Origin: Anolis carolinensis
Lineage: Eukaryota
Direction: 5' to 3'
Assembly: GCF_035594765.1 (NCBI RefSeq)
Contig: NC_085841.1
Coordinates: 161,247,574-161,311,573 of the forward strand
Length of the DNA stretch: 64,000 bases
The position numbers were made by a program, and so were the translations under genes. The notes under the pieces are model-generated. The model searched no databases. It was not told the DNA's origin and was given only the letters and a program-made list of their open reading frames with translations. Below are positions 13,601-26,645 of this stretch, one piece after another; position 1 is the first letter of the stretch, and every line of letters starts with the position of its first letter.

Positions 13601-14546
13601 ACAATAACAAATGGGACTTTTATAAATGGCAGGACCTGTCCTGTTAGGCAGCATGAGGCAGGCTTCTCAGGCAGCCAACTGGAGATGTGATGAAATGGCA
13701 TCAAATGGATAATAATGTTATGTACTGAACTTTATTATTTCTATGTGATTTTTTTGCTGACAGAGAAGGGGAGGGTTGCTTGTCAAATGAAGTGTCACCA
13801 GAGTCATTTTCTGTCACTTTTACCAAAATAGTTTGGATACTATATACAGACCAGCGTGGGTGAATGGGTGCCCACACAGGGCTGTATATAGTATACAAAT
13901 CTCTGTCTTAGGCTGATAAGAGGTATATTAAAAGAAGGAAGATTAAGAAGCTCTGTTGTCCCAAAGAGTTATGAGGTGGGAACTGTTTTTAGTGCTGGAG
14001 TCACTGCTTCTTGATGCTTTTATTCCATTACATCTGCTTATATGTTTAATTTTTTTCATATGAAAATGAGTTGTACAAAGATCTAAAATGCCACCTATTG
14101 CAACATATCCTTCTTATATTCTAATGCAAGCCTTCCTATTAAATATGGCCAAAGGAGCCAGCATGACATTGTGGTTTAGAGTATTGGATGATGACTCTGG
14201 AAAACAGGATTTGTGGTGTTCTCAAGCATATCATCCTCAGCGGTCATCCCCTCACACAAACACAGCCAGGACATGCACGCTGAGAAATCTCTGATGTTGC
14301 ATCTTTTTGGAGTTTCTGTAAAATGCCAGCACTGCCAGGCAAATAGGGATTCTGCTGGTCTTGGAGCCTATGGTGTCATTCAGGATTAATGTACTAGTTA
14401 TCAAAGTTAGATGCTAGGAATAGTGAAGGAAGAGATCAGAGCAGAAGAGGACAAATGAGTGAGAAGGTCAAAGGGAGGGTAAGATTGAATCCTGTGGAGC
14501 CTCAGGGGAAAGTGAGAGTTGGGAATGGTTGTTAATTATTTCAAAT

Positions 14547-14875
14547 CAGGGGTCCTCAAACTAATGCCTGTGGATTAGATGTAGTCATTTACTCCTGCCC
14601 CACCCTAAACTTTAGATTTAGGGTCACGCTAAGTCTGAAAAGACTTGAAGGCACACAACAACAGTCCTAATTAACTTGACTATCTCATCAACCAAAAGCA
14701 GGTCCACACTTCCCATTGAAATACTGATGTGTTTATGTTGGTTAAAATTGTTCTTAACTTTAATAAAATGTGTGCAGTGTGCATAGGAATATGTTTTTTC
14801 AAACTATAGTCTGGCCCCCTAACAGTCCGCAGGACCATGAACTGGCCCTCTGCTTTAAAGGTTTGAGAACCCCTG
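14547..14875. mobile_element. hAT (Charlie-like) MITE
   Basis: TIRs CAGGGGTCCTCAAAC / GTTTGAGAACCCCTG; 8-bp TSD TTTCAAAT vs TTTTAAAT. Confidence 0.8.
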
Positions 14876-15730
14876 TTTTAAATGATACCACTGATGAGCC
14901 CCTGGGCAATGTTCTGTGTTGTAATGCTCTGGAGCTAGCTCAGTGAAGGAGATATAGGGATTTTTCTCCCTCTCATGAGATGAGTTTTGGTGGCTGAATG
15001 AAATATTCTTTGTCTAGGTTGCTACTATCAGTTATTAAAGAACCTTTTACCAAAAAAAAAAATTAGCAACATTGTTTAGTAAACTAGTAATTTTGAAGCA
15101 GAAACAGAAGAAGTGAACACTAGTCCAAAGACTTTATTTACAGAAGTTGTTGCCTTGGCTGATTAAAAGCAGATTTTTTTATAGTAATCATCCTTGCCCT
15201 ACAGATACATTGATATCTAAAGATGCTAGCATTCAAAGTTGCATTTCCATTCCAATCTAGTGGCTTTGTTTCAGGTCAGTAGGATTATTTTTTTAGCATC
15301 GCTTCATTACTACCAGGAGCTGTGGCATGTCTTTCAAAGAGACCTAGTGAAAAAATGATTTTTTAAAACAAAGAATCACCTCAAAATTGAAGTGACAATT
15401 TAGATAAGAAAAATGTATAATAATATTTATTTATGGTACTGTTCCATTAACCAAGTGGAGGCCACTAGGGGGTGGTAGAGAGAGAAGAATAGTTCATTTT
15501 GGGGGGGGGGGGTTGAAAGAGGGAAATGCTTTCCTCCGTTTTCACTGGTTGTTCCCCTTCCCCCTTCCCATGTCATAAATGAAGGCATGGGTGGGGCTAA
15601 TAACAGGAAAACGGGGGGGGGGGTGGTTTTACTGCTTTAACCCACCCTCCACCCTGTTAAATGCACTATCCTTCTCTCTCTACTGCCCCCTTGTGGCAAC
15701 TATCCAGATAACAGAACATTACCTTATTTC

Positions 15731-16172
15731 ACAAACATGTGGACAACTTCAACAGAAAGGAGGAAACCATGAAAACGAACAAATTCTGGCTACCAGTATT
15801 AAAAAACTCAAAAATCAGAACAGTAAATAAGAAGCAACACTCTGAGACATGGGAACTAGGGGCAGTTAACAAAGAATGCCCCCAGGCAGAAAGTAGCTAG
15901 TAGATGTAGCCATTCAATGCAAATTAGGGTGATTATTTGCAACATTTATGCTGGCCTCCAACTGACAAGAGTTCTTCCCTCACCCTGGACTTCCCACAGA
16001 TATATATATAAACCTTCCTTGCTTAGTTTCTCCATACTTCACAACCTCTGAGGATGCCTGCCATAGATGTGGGTGAAACGTCAGGAGAGAATACTTCTAG
16101 AACATGGCCATACAGGCCAGAAAACATACAATAACCCTGTGAGCCCGGCCATGAAAGCCTTCGACAGCACAT
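15731..16172 (+). mobile_element. 5'-truncated Penelope-like retroelement (ORF C-terminus plus pLTR)
   Basis: Encodes ..HKHVDNFNRKEETMKTNKFWLPVLKN.., nearly identical to the element at 61974-63215; flanked by the direct repeat ACATTACCTTATTTCA (15716-15731, 16169-16184). Confidence 0.88.
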
Positions 16173-18006
16173 TACCTTATTTCAAAAAAATAGGTTCAAT
16201 TACAGTACACAAAATTAATTTAAGGTAACATATAGAACTGATGGCCACACAAACACACCCTGGCTGCCCCTTCCTTCTGGAAATGAAACCTGTGCTAAAG
16301 AGTAGGCTTTAAATAATTCTAAAATATTAGTAGATTGGCGAATTGTTCTGAAACTTGGCAGACCTGCAGTTGCAAATGGGGTCTAAAACTGTGGTAGGTC
16401 GCATGCAGATTGGCCTTAAAACGACTGAGGGTCAAGCCTTTAAAGTTTCCCACTGTAGCCAATGGGCTGAATCTTTGCCGAATGAAAATGGGAACACTCT
16501 TCTCAATTTGAGTAACTTCCCCATAAACAGAATGAGGGGTTAGCCCTCTGGGGAGAGAGGACAGGTTAGAAATAATTTTTTAATATTTAGTGTTATAGCT
16601 GAAAATGAACACCAAAACTGAATGCCTTTTGGTCAAATTGCACAAGCCTACTAAAGAGACCATACAAGCAGTCAGTTTAGTAGACAGAAGCAAATGGTAT
16701 AAGTACCTGTGGTCTAGGGGAATTGTCTTTTGCATCAGCCCAGCTGTCCCTTGTGCCCAACAAAAGAGGTCAGTTACAAAATGGATCCAGGGGTGGTGAG
16801 AAGGCAGAACTTGGTTGAGGAAGCCAGAATACCATTAGCATGGGATCAAAAGCCGACAGTCTGGCCATCATAGAACGTATGCACTCAACCGAGGTCTGTT
16901 CTTTAATTTAATGCTTCCTTTCTACAAAAGATAAAAGCTGATCAATCAGCTGACCTAAACAGGTTATATACTGGTACCAGAAATGGTGTGCAGTTTTCCT
17001 TTGCAATGTTTGTAAAAAAAAGAAAAAAAAACCCCTAACCAATCCAAACGAAACCAGATAAAAACTAAACAAGCTGTATTCATAACCATGTAAAATGTTG
17101 AGTCTCTGTCCCCGAGTGTATTGTTTTTATAAGAAAGGCTGTAACTTAGAGGAGTCATTTTTTTAAAAGTTCCTCTACCTTTAAAACCACTTCCCAAATA
17201 TAGAATACTAGAATAATTGGTTTAGAACATTACTCTGATAGTTTTTTTAACTTGTAGGATTTTTTTATATGTAAAGAACCAAGACAAAACAGAATGCCCA
17301 GCTTTCAGTCTACCACCCCATTCTGCTGTATGTGTAGACCAGATCTAAATTTTTCACAATGGATCAATTAGAAACAGAGAGCATATGGTTGACTAACTGC
17401 AAAGAAAATATATTTTAGCTTAGAAGCAGCAGTGGGTGAGATTTCCTCCACTTCCTTCTGGTTTATTCAGAAATGATGCAATTTCCTTTCTTTAAAATGG
17501 AAAAGAAATTGGATCATTTTTCCGTGCCATTTTTCCAGCCTTGGAAATCTATCACATTGCATGTATTTACTTTATGTATCCCCCATCCTGTTCCCAAAGA
17601 TGGGACCCAAATGTGCTTCCAAAATCTAAAAGAGAAGTAAAAAACAAGGTAGGGTCAAAAATAGTATTAATTTATCTAAAGAATTACAACAATTTTAAAC
17701 AATGATTTAAATATCGGAATAAAAATAGTACAGCACACTAAAGAAGGCCTTCTTTTGTGTAACACAATTGATTTGCCTGCTAAGAACAGTAAAGAAGGGA
17801 CCAGACCAGCCACCCAAGTAATGGACCTCTAGAGTCTTAGAGCAGAAGGCCCACTCTGTCAGTCCCATTAAATGTGTCTGGGAAGGATGGTAGCACCCAG
17901 AGAAGAGCGCTAAGGTTTGCTGCAACTGTGTGTTGCCACATGTTGATGTGTCAGCTGCAGTGCGTAGGTATGCCATGCAAACATTTCAAAAATATGTATC
18001 TATATA

Positions 18007-18314
18007 CAGTAGAGTCTCACTTATCCAACGTTCTGGATTATCCAACGCATTTTTGTAGTCAATGTTTTCAATATATCATGATATTTTGGTGCTAAATTCG
18101 TAAATACAGTAAGTACTACATAGCATTAATGTGTAATGAAGTACTTTTTCTGTCAGATTTGTTGTATAACATGATGTTTTGGTGCTTAATTTGTAAAATC
18201 ATAAACTATTTTGATGTTTAATAGGCTTTTTCTTAATCTCTCCTTATTATCCAACATATTCACTTATCCAACATTCTGCCGGCCCGTTTATGTTGGATAA
18301 GTGAGACTCTACTG
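18007..18314. mobile_element. Tc1/mariner MITE, copy 1 (inside the Helitron 5' TA run)
   Basis: TIR CAGTAGAGTCTCACTTATCCAA; TA TSD. Confidence 0.88.
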
Positions 18315-18829
18315 TATATAAAAGAGTGATGGCATCAGGGCAGCGGACAAAACAACAAAACTACAGGCCTCCCAACCTCGAAATTTGACAACATAACCCA
18401 TCATCCACGGCTCTAGGTTGATACAACAAAAAGAAAAGAAAAATAAAGTCCTAATTAGAGGGAGAGGAATAATTGTTTTTATCTAATTGCTGCCAGTTAG
18501 AAGGCTAAGCTCTGCCCACTTGGTCTCCTAGCAACCGACTCACCCCAGGGGACAGGCAGAGTTAGGCTTCACTTAGGCCTCTTCCACAGATTATCTAATT
18601 AATATTGCAAAGAACACCACTCTGAAAACAAGGGAATTCCAGACAGGAAACAATCAGGGCCAGCTAACACCTCCCAACAAAAAATTCACTCAGGGAGGAA
18701 ACAGCCAGGCTTTAAAGCTGCAAGGCCATTACATCCTAATCATTTTCCCTAATTGCAGTATTCATACTTGCCTCCAACAGACAAAAAAATCAGAAATATT
18801 GTATATTCACAACCTTTAGGAAATAATAT

Positions 18830-19161
18830 CCCCTGATGGCGCAGCGTGTTAAAAGTGCTGAGCTGCTGAACTTCTGGACCGAAAGGTCGCAGGTTTGAAT
18901 TGGGGGAGCGGAGAGAGCCCCCACTGTTAGCCCCAGCTTCTGCCAACCATAAAGTTCAAAAACATGCAAATGAGAGTAGATGAATAGGTACTGCTCCAGC
19001 AGGAAGATAACAGCGCTCCATGCAGTCATGCTGGCCACATGACCTTGGAGGAGTCTATGGACAACGCCGGCTCTTCGGCTTAGAAATGGAGATGAGCACC
19101 AACCCCCAGAGTCAGACATGACTGGACTTCACGTCAGGAGAAAACCTTTACCCTTTACCTT
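18830..19161 (+). mobile_element. Sauria SINE
   Basis: tRNA-like head (TGGCGCAGCGTGTTAA...GGTTTGAAT), central body and (ACCTTT)n tail; reverse-complement match to 51186-51514. Confidence 0.85.
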
Positions 19162-19297
19162 AACTACCACCAATTCCTCAATACTTTATTTCCCATACCA
19201 CCATACTTCGCCACAGCAACGCGTGGCCAGGCACAGCTAGTATCATACAAATCATGTATGTTGCGTCCCCATATATTTGGTTATTACAATTTAAGTA

Positions 19298-19755
19298 CAG
19301 TAGAGTCTCACCTTTCCAACATAAACGGGCCAGCAGAACATTGGATAAGCAAAAATGTTGGATAAAAAGGAGGGATTAAGGAAAAGCCTATTAAACAGCA
19401 AAATACATTATGATTGTACAAATTAAGCACCAAAACGTCATGTTTTAGAACAAATCGACAGAAAAAGCAGTTCAATACACATGTAGTAACTACTGTATTT
19501 ACGAATTTAGCACCAAAACATCCCAATGTATTGAAAACATTGACTACAAAAACATTGGCTACTAATAATTGACTACAAATAAAAATAGAATTACATAAAA
19601 TAAACTTAGAGTAACAACATTGTTGGAAGTTAAATCCGTAAAAAGTTCAATCCTTGCTGCCTAGAGAAACAGCTCTGGATCCGGGCGGGAGGCAAACCGC
19701 ATTGCATAATCCAGAACGCTGGATAAGCGAAGTTTGGATAAGCAAGACTCTACTG
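19298..19755. mobile_element. Tc1/mariner MITE, copy 2 (longer variant, inverted relative to copy 1)
   Basis: CAGTAGAGTCT...AGACTCTACTG termini; TA TSD. Confidence 0.85.
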
Positions 19756-22700
19756 TATGTGTTTGTATGTCTTATAAAAGGTTGGTTTAACCTCCAGGTT
19801 TTTTTATTAGTAAAACTGAATTCCTGTGTTGTGAAATGATGCATGTTTAAAAAGTGTATCACAGACATGAAATGTTTGGAAAAGCTCTAGCTAAATTCTG
19901 AATATATAGGTCAAGGTACAAGAGAGACCCCCTAAGCAGTTGAAACCATTCTGTTGTTTTTTTTGCAAATGCAATGTGACAGAGGGGAAAAATGCTTTTA
20001 ATGCACATACTGTCATGAAATAGGCTTCAAATAAGTTCTAGCCTGTGTTCAGTCAGAGAGTTTCCACCAATGTCACTGTTGTCGCCATTTCACTTATTCT
20101 GTCGCTAACAACTTCCTAGAGAAACAAAAAGCTGACAGCTTCACTCCATAAATGGGACAGTCAGAAGCTATAATGTCTACCATCTTACCCGTTACAGAAA
20201 TCAACCAGGATTTTAACAGAATCACCAGCCTAGGTAACAGGAAAATCCTCAAGAGTCAGACTTATTCTTGGAGTGGGCCATCTTAACTGCTCAGACATAC
20301 CTCTCAAGGCTGAGTCCCAATCAGTGAACTCAACAAGAAAGTAATCTACCCATGACAATAGAACGATAAAACAACTATAAAGCTATATAGCTATGGAAAT
20401 ATGTAACTATAAAACTATGCAACTCTAGAATTATTTTGTAAAAAAAGTCCTCCACATCCTATATCCTACCTAGCAGAGAAAACAAAATCTAGAGTGTGTC
20501 CTAGCAGCATGAATAGTGCCAGATGCTATTTGGGACAGACCCGTGGTTATCACTGTAGTCATGAAGCCTTGAGCTACTCTTAACAAGGCAGCTTCATCAT
20601 GGATATTGGGAGTGTAATAAGAAGTTCTTATTACACTGCTCCCTCTCTCTTCTTATTCTGTTGATCAAATGTGTTGAAACTGTTTTAATTCACTGCTTGG
20701 TTTTAACATGATCGCCCTTTTTTTGAAAATATTCCTTGGTGATTTAATTGATTTGTTTTTCGTTCTTGTATTTTAATTTATGTTGTAAATTGCATTGGGT
20801 CTTATGCCCAAAAAGAAGATGAGAAGGTAATGGATGAATACATTACCCATTCAAACTGGAGAAGAATTGAGGGGCACATTTGAAATGAACTTATTTCCAG
20901 GCCTGAGCCCAGTGAGCTTCACGACCATTTCTAAGTAGGTGAACCCACAACTAATGACATCTCCCATCATAGATCTAGTTCTAAAAGCTATGTGAATGAG
21001 GAACTTTGATGTAAATCTTTCATAGATTTTATCACAGTAGTTTGACATCTCACTGCAATTGCATTAGTTAAGGGAATGCAAACATCCTTTGATAGTTATG
21101 TTAATTTTCACATGTTTTCGCAGGAGCACTATGCTGATCTCTGGTCCTATGTTCTCTCATCTGTATGCCATAGTCAGTGTGCCTTTAGATTTGTTTTTTA
21201 AAAAACTGCAATTTCATAACATTGGCAATATGGAGAAAAAGGAAAAGAATGGAAAACAGCCTGCATGGGAGCAGTGAGGGGAAGTGAGGGAGAGGAGGAA
21301 TATTATGCTCACCGATTCCATATAACTGCCGGCATATCACAACTGAGATTGACTGTACAAAAGGCAGTAACAGACAGACAGTGATATCAAGAGCCATTGA
21401 CAGGTTTTCCCCATAAATGAAAAACTGCACTACAGTAAAGGATGAGATGCAAAGCAAAAGCAAGTTGGATGTGATGTTGTGCAATAAGTACCAGCCAAAC
21501 ACACTACTATCCTGTTTCAATGCCACTCTCATCTGATAAAGTCCCATGTCTCTACACAATCATTTCAAGAGACGCCAGTTGTGTTGAAAAGATTTCTAAT
21601 TTCAGAGCCAGTGGTCATTTTTATTAATATTAACAAAGAACAACAGGGCAGCTAAGGAAAGATCTTGGTGCAGTTGAGGAAGGAAAAAAATCTTTATAAA
21701 CCTTGTCAGGAAAAAACATGACAGTTCATCACACAAAGGCTGAATGAGCCTCACTATATACAGACTGTGCTTAACCCATTTGCACTCATGAATGAGGGAC
21801 ATAGGTTTGTCAAGAGGAAAGAAACAAACAACCGATGAGTTCCAGACAGTGACAAAACGTGAGCAGGATTATCATGAGAGGAAATAATGCTGTTATTTGT
21901 GTTATTGCAGTATTTTTAACCCACCCTATACCATAAGGTCTGTGTGGCTTTCAATAAGCTCCGTTTAAATTATTCAAAATTGAAAACAGTAAAAATAAGA
22001 GGCTTTACTTAACCATTTAAATGGTTTAAAATCATAAACATGTGTCTGTTTGGATTAAATCATTAGACTCAAAAGATTTTAATCTTTGAAAGATTGCTAT
22101 CTTAGTGTTAGCATGAAACCACATCAGAGCCAAGGAAGGACATCACACAACCGGGCTCATGCAAATTGAACAGATATACAATAGGATACTACTTCAGAAA
22201 CCAATTTAAATTCTGCTAAAATACAAGATCCAATATGACTAATTTTAAATTGGTATTAGGAAAACAGACAAACATTTCATTTTTCTACTTGCTTATTTTA
22301 ATGACCGATTTAAATGATTTTTTAAAAATGAGAATGAAACAATCTACTTTTTGATAAATATCTCCAAAGAAAATAGCAGCAAGCAACAGAATTAAGATCC
22401 TTTTAATTTTTTTTGGTTAAATTACAGTCACCAAACATAAAACAACACTATAGATTAGGGCTGAAAAATAGTTTAAAGCTTTGACAATTCCAGAACAATT
22501 AATACAATTAATAGTCATTTTACAGCTTTATTTGATGTGCCATCGACACAAATTCAAATGAATTAGTTGTGACCTACATTGCTTTTGATATATGGCTTGA
22601 TTTTGCAATGTGTAATTAACTTACTATGAATTCACAGCTAACTCGTTTAACATTTAGGATGACAGATTTCTGCTATCATTTGAACAGCAATAACAATCTC

Positions 22701-22909
22701 AGAAGGTGGCTATAAAGGAACTTCAGCTCCATTTCTGCCAGCATCACTTTAACTGTCTTGTGACAATATGATTTTTCTTAGCCTCCTGTCAGTTACCACC
22801 TTGCTGCATTCTGATCTTATTAGTCTGTAAGACCTCCCAATAAAATGCATTATCAATGTATGTACAGATTACATGTGGGGTAAGACTAAGTGTACACACA
22901 AATAGGCGT

Positions 22910-23245
22910 ACAAACTGAGCATTGCTAATCCAGAATTCTGAATCCAAAATACTCCAGAATTTAAAATCGCCCACATGGTTGTCTGAGATGGTGTCTCCTT
23001 TCCTTTCTGATGGTTCAGTTTACCCAAACTTTGTTTCATTAATAACATTATTAAAAATATTGTGTATACAATTACCTTCAGGCTATGTATATAAGCCTGT
23101 ATATATAGAAAATATCAATCAGTTTCATGTTTAGACATGGGTTCTGATATGTGTGCGTGTGTATCTCAGTATTCCAAAATCTGAAAAAATCCAAAATATG
23201 GCACCTTTCTAGTTCTAAGAATTTTGGATACAGGATGCTCAACAT
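22910..23245. mobile_element. Degenerate Tigger/pogo-type MITE
   Basis: Decayed TIRs (TGAGCATTGCTAATCC / GGATACAGGATGCTCAA); related to 41980-42651. Boundaries approximate. Confidence 0.5.
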
Positions 23246-23414
23246 ATACATATTTTGAATTGAGCAATGACCGTGTTGTGTCTTTGCAAGATGCCATCTT
23301 TTTGAACATGCAAGTTTCCACATTAAAGCAGGAGGAACAGTACTTTGCTTTCCACCTATAGCTGCTTATAAAATATTACATGTCTTTCTTTTTGGAGAGG
23401 GATGCTTTATAACC

Positions 23415-23420
23415 TTTATT
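23415..23420 (-). terminator. Candidate MKKS polyadenylation signal AATAAA
   Basis: TTTATT on the + strand, about 95 nt downstream of the MKKS stop codon. Confidence 0.55.
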
Positions 23421-23515
23421 AAGATGTTCTTTGGGAATGCAGGGAGATGTGGTTGGATGTTGTACCTGAGAAGGTCACTGCACATGGAGAACACCACTAG
23501 GATTTGCAAACACTG

Positions 23516-23950
23516 CTAATTTTGGTCTTCAATTATATATGAGAGATCTAGCAGCAGACTGGCTGTCTCCACTGCAACCTGCAGGCCATTCTTTTTTGCG
23601 GCAAAACAGTCCAGAATCAGATTGTTTGTGGAGGTTACAGAAGACTCATGAACACAACTTTGTGGGGGGAAAGGACTGGCACAGCACTGCAGCATCCTCC
23701 AATGGAGGCCTTGTTCTTTATTGCAAAGACCACATCCACACTTCCAAATTAAGTCTGACCAATCAGATCTGCTGGGGACATCAGGCGGAACAGACCAAAA
23801 ACATTTCACATCTGTGCAAATGTTGCCTCCGTCATGGTCTAAGGAGCAAGCTACAGACTCTAGTGAAGAGCAAAAGGCATCAGCCACCATCCTGAACTCT
23901 GCCCAAGAACAGGATAGATCTTCCAAGATACTTCCTTCCACAGTAGAGGT
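23516..23950 (-). CDS. MKKS: MKKS/BBS6 chaperonin-like protein, last coding exon (435 nt incl. stop)
   Basis: Acceptor ttttgttctag|ACC; encodes TSTVEGSILED...AFCSSLESVACSLDHDGG...CGCGL...GLQVAVETASLLLDLSYIIEDQN*, matching the vertebrate MKKS C-terminus. Confidence 0.96.
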   Translation of the reverse strand, partial: TSTVEGSILEDLSCSWAEFRMVADAFCSSLESVACSLDHDGGNICTDVKCFWSVPPDVPSRSDWSDLIWKCGCGLCNKEQGLHWRMLQCCASPFPPQSCVHESSVTSTNNLILDCFAAKKNGLQVAVETASLLLDLSYIIEDQN

Positions 23951-24190
23951 CTAGAACAAAAAAGTGGGGAAAAATTATTAAAGTGTTACTCATTGCTCTA
24001 GCAAATTATGACAAATAGGCATCAGAGCTGTGTGCATGTCCTATTATATTCAATGGATTATAGTGTGGGCAAGAATAAGCACATCCACAGAGATTCCAAT
24101 CTTTCTTTCTCCTTTACTCATGACTGCCTTGTCACTCTTCATACTCCACTATAATTGTCTTGGACTTCTCCCAGCACCATTGTTCACCAG

Positions 24191-24391
24191 NNNNNNNNNN
24201 NNNNNNNNNNNNNNNNNNNNNNNNNNNNNNNNNNNNNNNNNNNNNNNNNNNNNNNNNNNNNNNNNNNNNNNNNNNNNNNNNNNNNNNNNNNNNNNNNNNN
24301 NNNNNNNNNNNNNNNNNNNNNNNNNNNNNNNNNNNNNNNNNNNNNNNNNNNNNNNNNNNNNNNNNNNNNNNNNNNNNNNNNNNNNNNNNNN
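24191..24391. other. Assembly gap (201 N) in the last MKKS intron
   Basis: Run of N. Confidence 0.99.
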
Positions 24392-24494
24392 AGTGTCAGA
24401 TTGACACATATTAGTTTAGTAAACTATACTTTGAGGCTTCAGATTGTGAATGGATTCTAAACTCACATATCCTTTTGTAAATAAGTTCTAAATA

Positions 24495-25035
24495 TTATTA
24501 TTTATTTACTTTTCTCCTGCTTTTCTCCCACAAATGGGACTCAAAGTGGAGTACAAAATAGAAAACAACTACATAATACAAAAACCATCATCCCACAACC
24601 CACAACCCACCATAAAACAACACATTGCATAGACCCAAATTACATAAATATAAATAAGCATAAAAATAACACATTATTATTTTAAAACTCTAAACCTCAG
24701 ACCAAGGAGGTTGTTCTACCACATTAAATCATTCATCTAAATAGTTCAGAGCTCCATATCTTTGGCCATATAAGTCTTGAGTCTTGTCTGACTGAAATGG
24801 CTCCTATTGTACGTTATTGGGGAAGGCCAGCTTCCATAAAAAAGGTTTTCACTTGGGAGCAATAGGCCAATAATGAGGGGAATGATTGCACCTCTTTGGG
24901 GCGGGAGTCCCAGAGCCACAATGCCACCACTGAAAAGGCCCTCTCCCTCGTTCTCACCAACCATACTTGGGACGGTAGTGGGACTGAGAGGAGGGCCTCT
25001 CCTGATGATATCAGGACTCGTGCAGGTTGATATTT
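24495..25035 (-). mobile_element. Degenerate L2-like LINE 3' fragment
   Basis: TTTA tail followed by a conserved 3'-end motif (CCTGCTTTTCTCCCAC..GGGACTCAAAGTGG); shared with other fragments in the window. Boundaries approximate. Confidence 0.5.
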
Positions 25036-25231
25036 TAGGTTTTACAAAATGCACGCTGGGGGAGGGGGATGTTGTATGACTTTTCACCTCAACATAGCTT
25101 GGTACCTTAGCATGTCAACATGCAACCTTGTCCTGTGCAATACTTCTGGCTCGTAGATTTTGGGGAAAACAAAGATGATGGCCAGAGATGCTGTATTTGG
25201 TTTTCCTCTCCCTATTTTTGTGGTTGAGATA

Positions 25232-25279
<48 letters not shown>
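25232..25279. repeat. (AAT)n microsatellite
   Basis: About 16 perfect units; source of the poly-N/poly-I ORFs in the track. Confidence 0.95.
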
Positions 25280-25280
<1 letters not shown>

Positions 25281-25469
25281 TTATTTGTATTCCAGCCTAT
25301 TTCCCCGAGGGGACTCAAGGCGGATTCCAACATAAACAACACAACAATGAGGGAGGGATATGCAGTTTTCAGAACTGCAAAGGAGGTGACCCATGAACAT
25401 TGCATGGGAGGAGCATTGTTAAAAAAAACCAAGGGGCTGAACGACTTCCTTCTACATGCCCTTCTTTTT

Positions 25470-25850
25470 ATAGAATCATAGAGTTGGAAGAAAGCTCGTG
25501 GGCCATCCAGTCTAACCCCCTGCCAAGGAGCAGGAAATCACATTCAAAGCACCCCTGACAGGTGGCCATCCAGCTTCTGTTTAAAAGCCTCCAAAGAAGG
25601 GGCCTCCACCACAGCCCGGGGGAGAGAGTTCCATTGTTGAACAGCTCTCACAGTTAGGAAGTTCTTCCTAATGTTCAGGTGGAATCTCCTTTCCTGTAGT
25701 TTGAAGCTGTTGTTCTGCATCCTAGTCTCCAAGGCAGCAGAAAACAAGCCTGCTCCCTCTTCCTTAGGACATCCTTTCACATATTTCTACATTGGTATCA
25801 TGTCTCCTCTCAGCCTTTTTTTTGTGGGTTAAACATACCCAGCTCTTTAA
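25470..25850 (-). mobile_element. CR1 LINE 3' fragment (continues at 26228-26340)
   Basis: ORF 25544-25780 ..FKLQERRFHLNIRKNFLTVRAVQQWNSLPRAVVEAPSLEAFKQKLDGHL is a CR1 ORF2 C-terminus; ATTCTAT-type tail. Confidence 0.9.
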
Positions 25851-25910
<60 letters not shown>

Positions 25911-26534
25911 TATCCCCGAAAGGACTCAGGACTCACATGGGGAAACTCAACGACATAGTTAAAATGAACATATTAGTATTCACATAACAGCTTCATAAAA
26001 CAATATAAAACAAACAACAATATAACACAGTATAAAATAGCAACAACAACCAGTGACCTAAAATAGTAAACAGTTTCTGGGCTCGGTAGGCGGGGTAGTA
26101 AGAATAATTTATGAGGCTGATGGATAAAGTGCAATGTCAGAAGGGAAAGATTAGGGATAGGGGGCGATATAAGTGGAGCACTATAACTCTGGGTAGGAAA
26201 CAGTAATAGGATGCAAGGACTAGAATTCAACTGCTCCACATAGGGCTTGATCATTTGAGTTGCCCTCCTCTGGGCACCTTCCAGCTTGTCAACATCACCC
26301 TTCAACTGCGGTGCCCAGAACTGGACACAGTACTCTAGGTATGGTTTTTTGCTTTATTTCACAGCCTATCCAGGATACTTTGTCTTCCAAATGCACAAAA
26401 ACCCTGAATCAAAGACATCTGCAAAACATGCACAAGATCAGTAAGGTGTTTCACTACTTCTCATAATCCCTTATAAACTGGCTGGACTTAAGTACATTAA
26501 ACAGCTTTAAATACCCTCCCAAAGCTCTACATAC

Positions 26535-26645
26535 CATGTGCCTGATATATGAGGACAAATGCATTTCTGTATAGCCGCCACCTAGCAATACCCAGGGATC
26601 ACGGAGGGTTAACTGCAAAACATGTTCTGCTGTTTGACAGGCAAG
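26535..26645 (-). CDS. MKKS: MKKS third coding exon (111 nt)
   Basis: ttttctatag|CTT...ATG|gtatgt; encodes [37 protein letters not shown] with the chaperonin GGG motif; phase 0/0. Not in the ORF track. Confidence 0.95.

Larger units (their letters stand above)
17999..19240 (+). mobile_element. Non-autonomous composite Helitron
   Basis: Inserted between A and T: A|TCTATATA...CTAG|T, with subterminal hairpin GCCACAGCAACGCGTGGC at 19210-19227; contains a mariner MITE, a Penelope fragment and a Sauria SINE. Confidence 0.8.

Noticed and set aside
23539-23954. Plus-strand ORFs (118 aa and 77 aa) antisense to the last MKKS exon
   Set aside because: Expected shadow ORFs of a coding exon, with no independent support.
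24030-24460. ORFs containing X runs; possible missing MKKS exon in the gap
   Set aside because: They are artefacts of the N gap. All four MKKS coding exons are found elsewhere and join in frame to 570 aa.
25115-25432. Poly-Ile / poly-Asn ORFs
   Set aside because: Translations of the (AAT)n microsatellite.
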